From IMG/VR virus record IMGVR_UViG_3300023174_000045, positions 62,001 to 126,000 of that record: 64,000 nt of DNA, one strand, 5' to 3'. Below the pieces are notes generated by a model. That model saw only the letters and a program-made list of their open reading frames with translations. It searched no databases and had not been told where the DNA came from. Position 1 is the first letter of the stretch. Each line of letters begins with the position of its first letter. Below, in pieces: positions 28,523 through 38,289 of the stretch. Both the position numbers and the translations under genes were made by a program.

Positions 28523-28759
28523 ATGGAACATCCGCTGATAGGCTCACTTGAAGAATTAACGCTGGAAGAACTTGGCGCCAAAGTCAACGAACTGGGCAAA
28601 AAATTGGGCATTGCGGCCCGAACAGGAAATGGACATTTGTGTAATCAAATACGCATGGCCATGGAAAACTATCAAAACATGTATCAAACCAAATTGCAAG
28701 AGAGCTACAAAAAGGCTCAGGACGACAACAACTTTGATGACAAGATCAACATCCAATGA
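28523..28759 (+). CDS. hypothetical protein
   Basis: ORF after promoter. Confidence 0.7.
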   Translation: MEHPLIGSLEELTLEELGAKVNELGKKLGIAARTGNGHLCNQIRMAMENYQNMYQTKLQESYKKAQDDNNFDDKINIQ

Positions 28760-29355
28760 ACGTTAGACTACAATACGACTTAGAATTCATGGCTGGCATC
28801 TACTACGATGACCGACTGCAACTAAACAGTTATTCAGTTAATCTGGGCTTGTTGACCAAGACTACAGACGCTGCCAGCACCAACATTGCCATGGACCGAC
28901 TCAAGTACTTTGTGCATGGCGAACTAGCCAACACTGTGTTTGTGAATCAAGATTCACAAGAACGTGCTGAAATGATGCAGATAATGGGTATCAATGTCAC
29001 GACCTTGCCTGAAGAACCAGTAGACCAAATTGTGGGCATGATGTTATACTACAAGCTCAATGCCATCATGGAAGGGCGCATGACTGTGACCAGATTGGAT
29101 TTAAGCAGTATACTAGGTGATTCAGTTTGGTATCAACACGACGAAGATGATGCCTGGGGGCCTTTCCGTGAGGATGGATGGTGGCATGCGCCCACGGTAC
29201 AACATGACAGTATTTTAGAATCTGTCACAGCCGACAATGTAGTGCGTGTGATACCCAATGCCTGGCACGAGCTGGGATTGATTTGGCCCGAAGAGGAAAC
29301 TGAACCCACTGCCAACACTGTGGTGTTTGCCAACTTCACAAAAAATGAGAACTGA
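28756..29355 (+). CDS. hypothetical protein
   Basis: ATGA-coupled 199-aa ORF. Confidence 0.75.
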   Translation: MNVRLQYDLEFMAGIYYDDRLQLNSYSVNLGLLTKTTDAASTNIAMDRLKYFVHGELANTVFVNQDSQERAEMMQIMGINVTTLPEEPVDQIVGMMLYYKLNAIMEGRMTVTRLDLSSILGDSVWYQHDEDDAWGPFREDGWWHAPTVQHDSILESVTADNVVRVIPNAWHELGLIWPEEETEPTANTVVFANFTKNEN

Positions 29356-29857
29356 TCAATACGGACAAATGATCTACAACGAAGACGATCTTGTGGACAT
29401 GATCATGCGTGGTATCACTTTGGATCATTTGTCCGCGGTCATTGTGGAACCTGGAGTGAGCTTGGAACGTGCCAGTGCATACTTGCAACAGGTTCCCGAA
29501 CTGGTAGAATATGCATTCACTGTGATGCCAGTGGAGGAATTTGATCAGTTCAAACAAAACATCTGGCACATGCCCGAAGAATACCGACAACTAGACATTG
29601 CTGAATATATTTTGAGCCTGTGTGATTCAGACGCCAAACTGCAACGATGTGGTCAAGAACTGTTGTTGTTTCAAGAACGCAACTTGTTTGACCTGTTGCG
29701 TTATCTCAAATATCTTGTGGATACCATGCGCAGTCACAACATGATTTGGGGTGTAGGGCGTGGCAGTTCAGTGGCCAGCTATGTGTTGTATCTATTGGGA
29801 GTACACAGAATTGATTCAATTTACTACGATTTAGAACCCACTGAGTTCTTGCGTTAA
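29345..29857 (+). CDS. stand-alone fragment of DNA polymerase III alpha (DnaE)
   Basis: R...EL......YL.YLVD.MR...I.WGVGRGSSVASYVLYLLGVHRID.I.YDL...FL matches the DnaE GRGS region; only 170 aa. Confidence 0.8.
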   Translation: MRTDQYGQMIYNEDDLVDMIMRGITLDHLSAVIVEPGVSLERASAYLQQVPELVEYAFTVMPVEEFDQFKQNIWHMPEEYRQLDIAEYILSLCDSDAKLQRCGQELLLFQERNLFDLLRYLKYLVDTMRSHNMIWGVGRGSSVASYVLYLLGVHRIDSIYYDLEPTEFLR

Positions 29858-29878
29858 ATAATATTTTAGGAGAAAGAA

Positions 29879-30106
29879 ATGACCAAAGATGTATACAAAA
29901 GTTCTAGAGGCAAAGCCGTGGACATGGGCGCACTGCGTTTAAAAAACGAAAATGAACGTGCAGTAGGCAACATGAAAGTCAATGCTCGTGGAGATGCTGT
30001 AGATGATAAAAATGTTGCAATTCAAAGCAAGCCACAACAGGCACACAAACAGTATCAACAGCAGGTTCAGGCAAAAACAACATCACACAAATGGGATCTA
30101 GACTAA
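29879..30106 (+). CDS. hypothetical protein
   Basis: After TAAATA (29855) and AGGAG. Confidence 0.75.
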   Translation: MTKDVYKSSRGKAVDMGALRLKNENERAVGNMKVNARGDAVDDKNVAIQSKPQQAHKQYQQQVQAKTTSHKWDLD

Positions 30107-30483
30107 TGAAGGCAGCATATTCAGCACACCGAGTCAGCAAATTACAAGCACTGAGTGATTCAGTCTTGGTAGAAGACATGACATTTGACGAACGCTTATC
30201 CAATGGCGGTATTGTGTTGTTGAACGACAATGGCAAGAGCTCAGGTATCCGTCCACGGTGGGGTCGGGTATATGCCATCGGACCTGCTCAGCAAGATGTG
30301 CGTGTAGGCGAGTGGATACTGGTGGCACACGGACGTTGGACACGAGGACTGGACATTGAAGATGATGCAGGCAAACGTACCATTCGTAAAATTGATCCCA
30401 AAGACATATTGATGAGTGCAGATGAACGCCCAGCTGATGTCACATTCTCTGATGCCATTCACGTGGAAAAGAAAGAACGATGA
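30106..30483 (+). CDS. co-chaperonin GroES family protein
   Basis: L.AL.D.VLV...GGIVL...GRVYAIGP...VRVGE.IL...DIL. Confidence 0.8.
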   Translation: MKAAYSAHRVSKLQALSDSVLVEDMTFDERLSNGGIVLLNDNGKSSGIRPRWGRVYAIGPAQQDVRVGEWILVAHGRWTRGLDIEDDAGKRTIRKIDPKDILMSADERPADVTFSDAIHVEKKER

Positions 30484-30713
30484 TCAAAAATTGGAATGTG
30501 AATCAGGTCATTGGCCAATGCCAACAGATGTATTTTGGTGCCACTGATCCACACATGACGGGCTTTGTCAATTGGCCTTGTAAACAAGACTTATATCGTG
30601 TAAAATTTGCTGTAGACGAAATGTTGGCAAAAACCAGCCGGTTCTCCGGAGAAGATGAATGGCTGTTGGAGCAAGAGCAACAACAGATGTGGAAAGTTTT
30701 AAAATCAAGGTAA
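30480..30713 (+). CDS. hypothetical protein
   Basis: Coupled ORF. Confidence 0.7.
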   Translation: MIKNWNVNQVIGQCQQMYFGATDPHMTGFVNWPCKQDLYRVKFAVDEMLAKTSRFSGEDEWLLEQEQQQMWKVLKSR

Positions 30714-30717
30714 CAAA

Positions 30718-31641
30718 ATGCAAGAGCTATGGGTAGAAAAATATCGTCCCCGAACAGTGGATGGTTATGTGTTTGTTGATCAAGCACAACGTGAACAAGT
30801 AGACAGTTGGATTCAAGCCAGATCAATTCCGCATTTGTTGTTGAGTGGTGCCGCCGGAACAGGTAAGACCACCTTGGCCAAGATGTTGATCAATGAGCTG
30901 GGCGTGGATGAATATGATGTCATGTACGTGAATGGGTCCAAGGAAGGCCGCAAAATTGAATGGGTCGACAAGCTGATTAGTTTTTGTCAAACCATGCCAT
31001 TTGGTGATTTCAAAGTGGTGCTGATTGACGAAGCTGATTACATGAACAATCATTCGGTGCAACCAGCCTTGCGCAACTTGATGGAAGATTATTCACGAAC
31101 TGTGCGATTCATAATGACTTGTAACTACCCGCACAAGATCATTGCACCATTGCACAGTAGATTGCAAGGTTTTCATATTACCAAAACAGATCACACTGAA
31201 TTCACAGCCCGGGCAGCCACGGTGTTGGTCACAGAAAATATACAATTTGATCTGGATGTGTTAGATACCTATGTCAAAGCCACCTATCCCGACTTGAGAA
31301 AATGTTTGAATTTGTTGCAACAAAACAGCACCAATGGCACGTTGATTGCTCCTGGTGCCACAGACAAAAGCGCAGGTGACTGGAAGCTGGACTGTGTGGA
31401 TTTGTTCAAACGTGGTCAAACTAGACAGGCTCGAGCACTGATTTGTCAAAGCAGTGCGCCGGAGGAATCTGAAGACGTATTTCGTTGGATGTATGATAAT
31501 TTAGAACTGTGGGGTAAAACTCCCGAACGCCAAGATCAAGCAATCATGATCATACGGCAAGGCCTAGTAAATCACAACTCGGTTGCTGACGCAGAGATCA
31601 ACTTGAGTGCAACCATTGTGGAATTGTGTAACATCGAATGA
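30718..31641 (+). CDS. sliding clamp loader AAA+ subunit (RFC small/T4 gp44-like)
   Basis: LWVEKYRP, GAAGTGKTT, LIDEADY, CNYPHKII.PL.SR. Confidence 0.93.
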   Translation: MQELWVEKYRPRTVDGYVFVDQAQREQVDSWIQARSIPHLLLSGAAGTGKTTLAKMLINELGVDEYDVMYVNGSKEGRKIEWVDKLISFCQTMPFGDFKVVLIDEADYMNNHSVQPALRNLMEDYSRTVRFIMTCNYPHKIIAPLHSRLQGFHITKTDHTEFTARAATVLVTENIQFDLDVLDTYVKATYPDLRKCLNLLQQNSTNGTLIAPGATDKSAGDWKLDCVDLFKRGQTRQARALICQSSAPEESEDVFRWMYDNLELWGKTPERQDQAIMIIRQGLVNHNSVADAEINLSATIVELCNIE

Positions 31642-31919
31642 GATATTTACTTTTAACTTACTACAAAAAGCCTGATGGCAAAATTGACGAAGTCATGGCC
31701 GTGGCCAAGAACTTGAAAATGCGTGATCATCAAACTTGCAATGTGATTTTGGACTTTAAGAAATTACAAGTGATCAAAGCCAACATGTCAGGCACAGACG
31801 TACTAAAAGATTTTGACCGAATTGCGGGTTATTATCATCAACACTATGCTTCTACCATTGAACGTTTGTTCAAAGAAAATGGCTACGAAGTTGAAGTAAA
31901 TCCCGAAGTTCAGGGATAA
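31638..31919 (+). CDS. hypothetical protein
   Basis: Coupled ORF. Confidence 0.7.
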   Translation: MRYLLLTYYKKPDGKIDEVMAVAKNLKMRDHQTCNVILDFKKLQVIKANMSGTDVLKDFDRIAGYYHQHYASTIERLFKENGYEVEVNPEVQG

Positions 31920-33904
31920 GTTAATTTTCTAAAGAAATCAACCAACTGCTCAATACTTTGTTGATTTTGTTCGGTATGATTTGAAAAGAATCCTTTTCTT
32001 GGTTTCAAGAAAAAAGCAATAGCAGGGTTTTCAAAATAAAATTTAAACACACTGTCAGCATGATACAATCCTGCTGACTTTGTCTTGACTGCGTCATTGA
32101 TCACAAAGCCCTGTTGATACAAGTCACTGTGTCGCACACGCACGTCTCCAAACACAATTTCATTTATTACCACAGTTTTGTCTCGAACAATCACGCCATT
32201 TTCCACAACAGTGTCATGCTGTGTTTTATTCTTCAAGTGAATTGACAGCATGTTGCGCTTTTTCAAGCCCGGTACTGTGATTTTTATAACTTGATTGTTT
32301 TCAACCACAACAGATTGTGCAACAATTTGTGAATTTATCATGATGTCAATTTCAGGCCAGTCGGTGCTACAAGTACCAGTTAATGAAATAGATATTGTCA
32401 TCGGCTCAGGATCAACTGGCAGTTGATAATTTTTTGACACAGTGTTGAACATGTCATTTTGCCATTCAACACTGTCACGGTTTTGCGGTGAAACAGATTT
32501 CAACGAAATCAGCAAACTAGACAATTCATACAGCACATTGTTTGCCGGCCATTTCAAACTTTCAATAACCTGCTGTGCCATGATACGTCTTCTGATACTT
32601 TCCACATAATCAACTGTGGTCACAAGGCTGGTCCATTGAGTGGCATTGTCTTGTTCTATTTTCCATATTTTGTTTTTTTCTTTGGCCAACGGCGTGTTGG
32701 GAAGAATTTGAAATCCACCGCCCAGGATCAATCCCACCAGGGTGCCATCAGCCACGTACTTGATGTATCGTTTGAACATGTCCAAGGTGTCCACAAAGTC
32801 CTGTTCAGTTTCTGTGGGATAGCCAATGATGATGTAAAAACTGCAAGTTATACCATGTTGACTGAATTGTTCCATTTCCAAGTCAAGGTCGTGGTTGGTA
32901 AAGCCTTTTTTCATGTGAGCTCTCACTGCATCACTGCCGGTTTCCACTCCAATGGTGAGATTGTGTGCGCCACTGGCCTTGATCAGTTGATAGTAATTTT
33001 TAGGCAGTCCTTGTTGTTTTCTAGATATCCATTGGCCGCCCCAGGTAAAGTCAGCGCCAGTGGCCTGTTTGTAATCAGCTAGAGTCTGCATCATGATCAT
33101 GAGTTCTTTGACATTGCCATTGATCAAACTGTCAGTGAAAAAGTAATTCTTTATGCCAGTCTGAGCATGCATGTCAATGATGTCTTGTGCAATCTTTGCC
33201 CCTGATCGAGACTTGAATTTTGGCCAAAAATGTGCAACGTCACAGAACGAACAACTTCTTACACAGCCGCGACTGCCTGTGATTTGCACAGTGATGCCAT
33301 CATAAAAATTGTCATAATCTTTCAATCTGTGATAATCGCTGTAGTCAGGTGGACCCAATGCGTCCAAGTCTTGAATTTGCTCCCCAGCACAATTAATGCC
33401 CGGGTAGGACATGTTTCCAGATAGTAAATTTTCCAAGGCCAATTCGCCTTCGCCGTAGATGGCCACATCAGCAAGGTGTTTGACTTGTTCAAAGAATTTT
33501 TCAGTTACACCATGGCCGCCCAACAGTATTCGGGATTCTGGCAATTTCTTTTTGACCACATATGGCAACAAATCACGACAAAATTTCCTACTGTCTTTGG
33601 TAAAAACACTTATGCCATACCATCGACTGTTGGTGTTGACCAAATCTCTGGACAGGTATTCCAGCACATTGTTGTACACTGCTTGGTCTTGTTGGGACAA
33701 TACCACAGCATCTTCCAACCAGTAGTTGATCAGTCTAGACATCAATTCAGCATCGTTGATGGCCAATTTGGTTTCTAAATTGTATTCTTTGGTAGTGACC
33801 CGATATCCTTGACTTTGCAAATGCCCTTTGAGCACCGCTGGCGCTGCCGGCGGCAGGTTGGTGGGAATGTAGGGTATGGAAACTACACAGAGATCAAAGG
33901 TCAT
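31910..33904 (-). CDS. B12-binding-domain radical SAM protein
   Basis: LLGG..GEGE; GSRGCVRSCSFC (CxxxCxxC); GVETGS; IIGYPTET. Confidence 0.88.
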   Translation of the reverse strand: MTFDLCVVSIPYIPTNLPPAAPAVLKGHLQSQGYRVTTKEYNLETKLAINDAELMSRLINYWLEDAVVLSQQDQAVYNNVLEYLSRDLVNTNSRWYGISVFTKDSRKFCRDLLPYVVKKKLPESRILLGGHGVTEKFFEQVKHLADVAIYGEGELALENLLSGNMSYPGINCAGEQIQDLDALGPPDYSDYHRLKDYDNFYDGITVQITGSRGCVRSCSFCDVAHFWPKFKSRSGAKIAQDIIDMHAQTGIKNYFFTDSLINGNVKELMIMMQTLADYKQATGADFTWGGQWISRKQQGLPKNYYQLIKASGAHNLTIGVETGSDAVRAHMKKGFTNHDLDLEMEQFSQHGITCSFYIIIGYPTETEQDFVDTLDMFKRYIKYVADGTLVGLILGGGFQILPNTPLAKEKNKIWKIEQDNATQWTSLVTTVDYVESIRRRIMAQQVIESLKWPANNVLYELSSLLISLKSVSPQNRDSVEWQNDMFNTVSKNYQLPVDPEPMTISISLTGTCSTDWPEIDIMINSQIVAQSVVVENNQVIKITVPGLKKRNMLSIHLKNKTQHDTVVENGVIVRDKTVVINEIVFGDVRVRHSDLYQQGFVINDAVKTKSAGLYHADSVFKFYFENPAIAFFLKPRKGFFSNHTEQNQQSIEQLVDFFRKLTYP

Positions 33905-33974
33905 ATTTTTGGTGGGAATAAATTATGTATCCTGAACTGGATTATACATTAGTATTTACAGAACCACAACCACA

Positions 33975-34003
33975 TTGACAAACAAACAACGATGTGTTAT
34001 AAT
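33975..34003 (+). promoter_or_regulatory. sigma70-type promoter
   Basis: TTGACA-N17-TATAAT. Confidence 0.85.
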
Positions 34004-34026
34004 TCAACATCAATAACAAGGATGAT

Positions 34027-34620
34027 ATGAAAAAGAATTTAATTTTGGTCGACGCTGATGGCGTGTTACTGGATTGGGAATACGCATTTTCAATCTGGAT
34101 GGAAGAACACGGATTTGTCAAGCGCGAAGGTCACCAATTTGAATACGACATTGGCACACGCTATGGCATTGACTGGGATCAAGGCAAGAAATTAATCACC
34201 ATGTTCAATGAATCGGCCGCAATTGGTTTCTTGCCCCCACTGCGTGATGCCATGTACTATGTAAAGCGACTGCACGAAGAACATGGCTATGTGTTTCACT
34301 GCATCACCAGTTTGAGCACAGACGTCAATGCTGGTCGTCTGCGTGAAATGAATTTGCGCAAACTGTTTGGCAAAACTGCGTTCGAAGGAGTGACTTGTTT
34401 GGCCACCGGTGCCAACAAAGACTCAGCCTTGGAACCCTATGCAGGATCAGGCCTGTGGTGGGTGGAAGACAAACCCGAAAATGCTGACCTAGGCCACCGC
34501 CTGGGTTTGCGGAGCATATTAATGGAACACGGGCACAACATGCATCATGAGTGCCCGTACCCGGTGGTTAAAAATTGGCGAGAAATTTACGCAATCATAA
34601 CTGGTTACCTTACAGAATAA
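34027..34620 (+). CDS. HAD-superfamily hydrolase (5'-nucleotidase-like)
   Basis: LVDADGVLLDW motif I, ITS, WVEDK. Confidence 0.82.
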   Translation: MKKNLILVDADGVLLDWEYAFSIWMEEHGFVKREGHQFEYDIGTRYGIDWDQGKKLITMFNESAAIGFLPPLRDAMYYVKRLHEEHGYVFHCITSLSTDVNAGRLREMNLRKLFGKTAFEGVTCLATGANKDSALEPYAGSGLWWVEDKPENADLGHRLGLRSILMEHGHNMHHECPYPVVKNWREIYAIITGYLTE

Positions 34621-34626
34621 ACACTG

Positions 34627-35322
34627 CTATATAGGTTTAGACAAAAATTCGTAGATGTCGGTGTCATTGCAGTGATTGGCATAAGTGCGATGACTGGCAA
34701 GCATAATTTCTTTAAAGTTTAGTTCAATGTACTCAACTACTTCGTTGTAATTGAGCAATATTTTTTCTTTATTACCGTACACCAATAGATGATTTGTACT
34801 TGCATTTTCCACATGTTGTAAAATATCTTCGTAAAATACTACATAATCACTAGGAAATAATTGACTGCTGTAGTGTCGATGCCAGGCACAATACTGATTG
34901 CATAATAATTTTAAATTATACCATTGATCAAATACAAAAGGATCTAACTGTAGATCAGTTGTTAGTCTACCGTTGTAATGATATACGATATGGTTATCTA
35001 CATCGGTTTTTTTGTGATACACTTTAAATTGATTGACAAATAAATTAGATAATATGGTCTGCACCGGATCTTTCCGTAAACTATATACTCGACAAAATGG
35101 CAAAAGGTCACTTGGCTTGTGCAACCAGTGTGTATGTTGTATTGGGTATAAAGGTAATAACTCATCGGGAGTTTTTACAAATTTAGTCTCAAAAGAATTT
35201 AAATGAATACCAATACGTTGCGCCAGCATTGTCGATGCAGAGCGTCCGTGACTTAGTACAATAAATCTTCTATTGATATCAAACATTGTGGTACTTAGCG
35301 TACCACAATGTTTTAATTGCAT
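34627..35322 (-). CDS. sulfotransferase-like protein
   Basis: SHGRSASTML (5'-PSB-like loop), LRKDPV..ILS (3'-PB-like), FYEDI; AT-rich; start uncertain. Confidence 0.5.
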   Translation of the reverse strand: MQLKHCGTLSTTMFDINRRFIVLSHGRSASTMLAQRIGIHLNSFETKFVKTPDELLPLYPIQHTHWLHKPSDLLPFCRVYSLRKDPVQTILSNLFVNQFKVYHKKTDVDNHIVYHYNGRLTTDLQLDPFVFDQWYNLKLLCNQYCAWHRHYSSQLFPSDYVVFYEDILQHVENASTNHLLVYGNKEKILLNYNEVVEYIELNFKEIMLASHRTYANHCNDTDIYEFLSKPI

Positions 35323-35358
35323 TACAAATTGGCGGGAAATCTACGCAATAATCACCTC

Positions 35359-36093
35359 CTAAACCGCGTAGAGTTTCAACACTGACCCAATAATGCTGTG
35401 GCGTTGCACGTCACGAGTTTGCATTTCGCACACAGCAATTCCTGCGACTGCGGTTTGTTGCAGTTTCGCACATAGATCGTACAGGCCATTGCTGTCCTGG
35501 GCACGATCTGCTTGTTCCACATCTCCTGTGATCACAATCTTAGAGTTCTGTCCAATGCGAGTCATCAGCATTTTTACCTGTGCTGGTGTTGCATTCTGCA
35601 TTTCGTCTGCGATGATCCACGAATTTTTGAAGGTCCGGCCTCTCATGTATGCCAGAGGAGATATTTCCAGAATCTGATCTTCAATCATGGCCAAGATATC
35701 CTGTGGCCTATAGTATTCACGCATGACGTCCAAAAGCGGACGAGTCCAAGGTTCCATTTTGGCAACTAAATTGCCGGGAAGAAAGCCATGACTCTCTCCC
35801 TCTACACCCACTGCGGGTCTTGTCAGCACTATTCGATCGCATACTCCTTCTCTTAAATTCTTAACAGCAGCCAGCATCGCCAGGTACGTTTTACCTGTTC
35901 CAGCGGGTCCTGCTGTGACGACAATGTGTTGATCCGGATCTTGCAAAGCCATGACCAAGCGTTCTTGATTTCGTGTGCGAGGGATCAAGTCAATGCGACG
36001 AGGCTGTGCTCGCGGCGCTGAGTTAAAGGCTATGGTGTTTGCTATTTCCAGGTTCATACGTTTTTGTGCTTTTTGTGCTCTTTGTCTACTCAA
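35359..36093 (-). CDS. phoH: PhoH family ATPase
   Basis: GPAGTGKT, GFLPG, YMRGRTF, DEMQN, GD.EQ.D; likely TTG start at 36093 with AGGAGA SD and TAAATA at 36130-36125. Confidence 0.93.
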   Translation of the reverse strand: MSRQRAQKAQKRMNLEIANTIAFNSAPRAQPRRIDLIPRTRNQERLVMALQDPDQHIVVTAGPAGTGKTYLAMLAAVKNLREGVCDRIVLTRPAVGVEGESHGFLPGNLVAKMEPWTRPLLDVMREYYRPQDILAMIEDQILEISPLAYMRGRTFKNSWIIADEMQNATPAQVKMLMTRIGQNSKIVITGDVEQADRAQDSNGLYDLCAKLQQTAVAGIAVCEMQTRDVQRHSIIGSVLKLYAV

Positions 36094-36260
36094 GTGTGAT
36101 TCTCCTAAGCCCTGTAGGGCCAGGTATTTACGGTGGTAGATTTGACAATAACGGAGTGGTATTTTCAAATACTTGGTCACTAAATACTGACCAGGCTAGA
36201 TAAAAGTACCATGACTCAAGTCTGTTGTGTGTGCTCAACAACTTTGGTAAATAATGCATT

Positions 36261-36872
36261 ATGCAAACCAAGAACATACACGGCACCAACGACAAAGAAC
36301 TGTTCAAAAATCACGAAGATTATTGGCAGGTCTCTGACAACATTCGTGACATTTACATGAGCGATGGCAGCTTGACCACGCTGTTGGACTTTGAGCGTGT
36401 GCTGGACGAAATGGACGTCTACGCATTTAAAAACTGGGAAATCGGCGAACTAGTTGCCGGTCCAGACATTGGCAAATACACAGTGGGCGTGACATTCATG
36501 TGGCCGGAAAAAATGATGCCTGACCCACGTGGCGGCAAACGTCTTCTGCCATTTGATTGCAAAATCACATACAAAAAACAAAAGATCAAAATCCCCATCA
36601 AAATTGATGATCCCAGTGATTACATTCCTGGCACCAAAAAAGCCAAGATTGTTGAGAAACCTGTGTGGCTGGTTGAAATTGTCATGCCCAAGCGACTCAT
36701 GAGTGAGATCCGCACAGGTGCAGTAGAAATGGAAGATCAGGACATTGACCTGAGTGAACTAGATGCAGCCTACGAGCAGGATCTAGACAAAGAAGACACA
36801 CAAAGTGATGCAAAGGCACAAGATGCACAACAAAACCTCGAACAAGACCTCCAGCCCGTTCCCGCTGCTTGA
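36261..36872 (+). CDS. hypothetical late protein
   Basis: TAAATA at 36248; 203-aa ORF. Confidence 0.75.
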   Translation: MQTKNIHGTNDKELFKNHEDYWQVSDNIRDIYMSDGSLTTLLDFERVLDEMDVYAFKNWEIGELVAGPDIGKYTVGVTFMWPEKMMPDPRGGKRLLPFDCKITYKKQKIKIPIKIDDPSDYIPGTKKAKIVEKPVWLVEIVMPKRLMSEIRTGAVEMEDQDIDLSELDAAYEQDLDKEDTQSDAKAQDAQQNLEQDLQPVPAA

Positions 36873-37392
36873 AGGGCTACAGTATCGTGACCTAGAAGGC
36901 ATGATGAAACCCACCATTCACGTGGATGAATTTAGTGGTAAAATGGGCGATGACGAAGACATCATTGTGCTGAGCTTTTTTGTGCGTGACAAACAAGCAG
37001 CCAAAGATCTAGTGGCCTGGTTTGAAAAAGGCTATGACTTTGTGTTGGATGCTGACCGCAGCCCAGGTGAGATCAAACCCAGTCGTTATTTAGTGTATGT
37101 GGAAATGCGTCGTCGCAGTGCCGCACCACAGTATGTGGCAGAACTGATTGATGACTTGGAAACACTCACAGAACATGAGAGTGAAGACTGGACCATGCGC
37201 TATGATGGCCGAACTCAGCCTTTCTCAGAAGAAGCATTTGCTCAAACTGTGCCGTTGACTCCTGATGACTATCGTCGAACGCACGAAACAGATTTGAATG
37301 AATGGCGCACAGCCGCTGGTTTGCCTATTAAAAAGATTCATGAAACCAAATCAGACATACGTGAATTACAATCAGCCGCTGGGCTTATCTAA
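36805..37392 (+). CDS. hypothetical late protein
   Basis: 195-aa ORF; start uncertain. Confidence 0.7.
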   Translation: MMQRHKMHNKTSNKTSSPFPLLEGLQYRDLEGMMKPTIHVDEFSGKMGDDEDIIVLSFFVRDKQAAKDLVAWFEKGYDFVLDADRSPGEIKPSRYLVYVEMRRRSAAPQYVAELIDDLETLTEHESEDWTMRYDGRTQPFSEEAFAQTVPLTPDDYRRTHETDLNEWRTAAGLPIKKIHETKSDIRELQSAAGLI

Positions 37393-37834
37393 GTCAATCA
37401 AACGCATCTTGATCATGGGCCTGCCAGGCTCAGGTAAAACAACACTGGCACAAGAACTAAAAAAACAACTGCAACAAGCTGGCCGAACAGTTGAATGGTT
37501 GAATGCCGATGAAGTTAGAACAACTTACAATGACTGGGATTTCAGTGAATCTGGCCGTATTCGCCAAAGTCGGCGCATGCGAGAACTAGCAGATAAGTTT
37601 GCAACTGACTATGTCATAGCTGATTTTGTGGCACCTTTAACGGAAATGCGTGAAAATTTTGATGCTGATTGTACCATCTGGGTTGATACCATAGAACAAG
37701 GACGCTTTGCTGATACCAACGCCATGTTTCAAGCACCAGATCACTGTGATTTTCGTGTTACAGAACAGGATTGTGAAACGTGGGCTGATGCTATTAAAAA
37801 ATACCTAATCACTGCACACCACGTCAATAGCTAA
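37340..37834 (+). CDS. adenylyl-sulfate kinase-like P-loop kinase
   Basis: IMGLPGSGKTTLA...LNADEVR...DFS..GR...FVAP...R; start uncertain. Confidence 0.75.
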   Translation: MKPNQTYVNYNQPLGLSKSIKRILIMGLPGSGKTTLAQELKKQLQQAGRTVEWLNADEVRTTYNDWDFSESGRIRQSRRMRELADKFATDYVIADFVAPLTEMRENFDADCTIWVDTIEQGRFADTNAMFQAPDHCDFRVTEQDCETWADAIKKYLITAHHVNS

Positions 37835-37842
37835 ATATCAGT

Positions 37843-38289
37843 ATGTGGATCTTGCACTTCTTACCTGAATCTTTAATCTTGTTTGTGACTACTTCGTTGT
37901 TGCTGGCTGGCATAGCCACCACCACAGTTTCTTTTTTACCGGCGTTGGCCCAATATCGAATTCCCACACAAGTCCTGGGCATCGCACTGTTGGTTGCAGG
38001 TGTGTACTTTCGAGGCGGATACAGCATTGAAATGGAATGGCGTGAGCGTGTGGCTGAAGTAGAAGCCCGAGTTGCGGCTGCTGAAGCAAAGAGTAAAGAA
38101 ACCAACACAAAGATTGTCACAAAGGTAGTGACAAAAACACAAGTAGTCAAGACTCGTGGTGAGACCATTACCAAGTACATTGACCGAGAAATTGTCCGAT
38201 ATGACACAAAGTTTGCACCCGGCGGACAGTGCGAAATTCCCCGAGAATTTATCAAAGCCATCAACGATGCAGCAGAGGTACCCAAATGA
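37843..38289 (+). CDS. membrane-anchored protein, i-spanin (Rz)-like candidate
   Basis: N-terminal TM segments, coiled coil, C-terminal Cys; in lysis region. Confidence 0.45.
   Translation: MWILHFLPESLILFVTTSLLLAGIATTTVSFLPALAQYRIPTQVLGIALLVAGVYFRGGYSIEMEWRERVAEVEARVAAAEAKSKETNTKIVTKVVTKTQVVKTRGETITKYIDREIVRYDTKFAPGGQCEIPREFIKAINDAAEVPK

Noticed and set aside
36094-36180. N-terminal extension of PhoH in the ORF track
   Set aside because: SD and TAAATA positions favour the TTG start at 36093.
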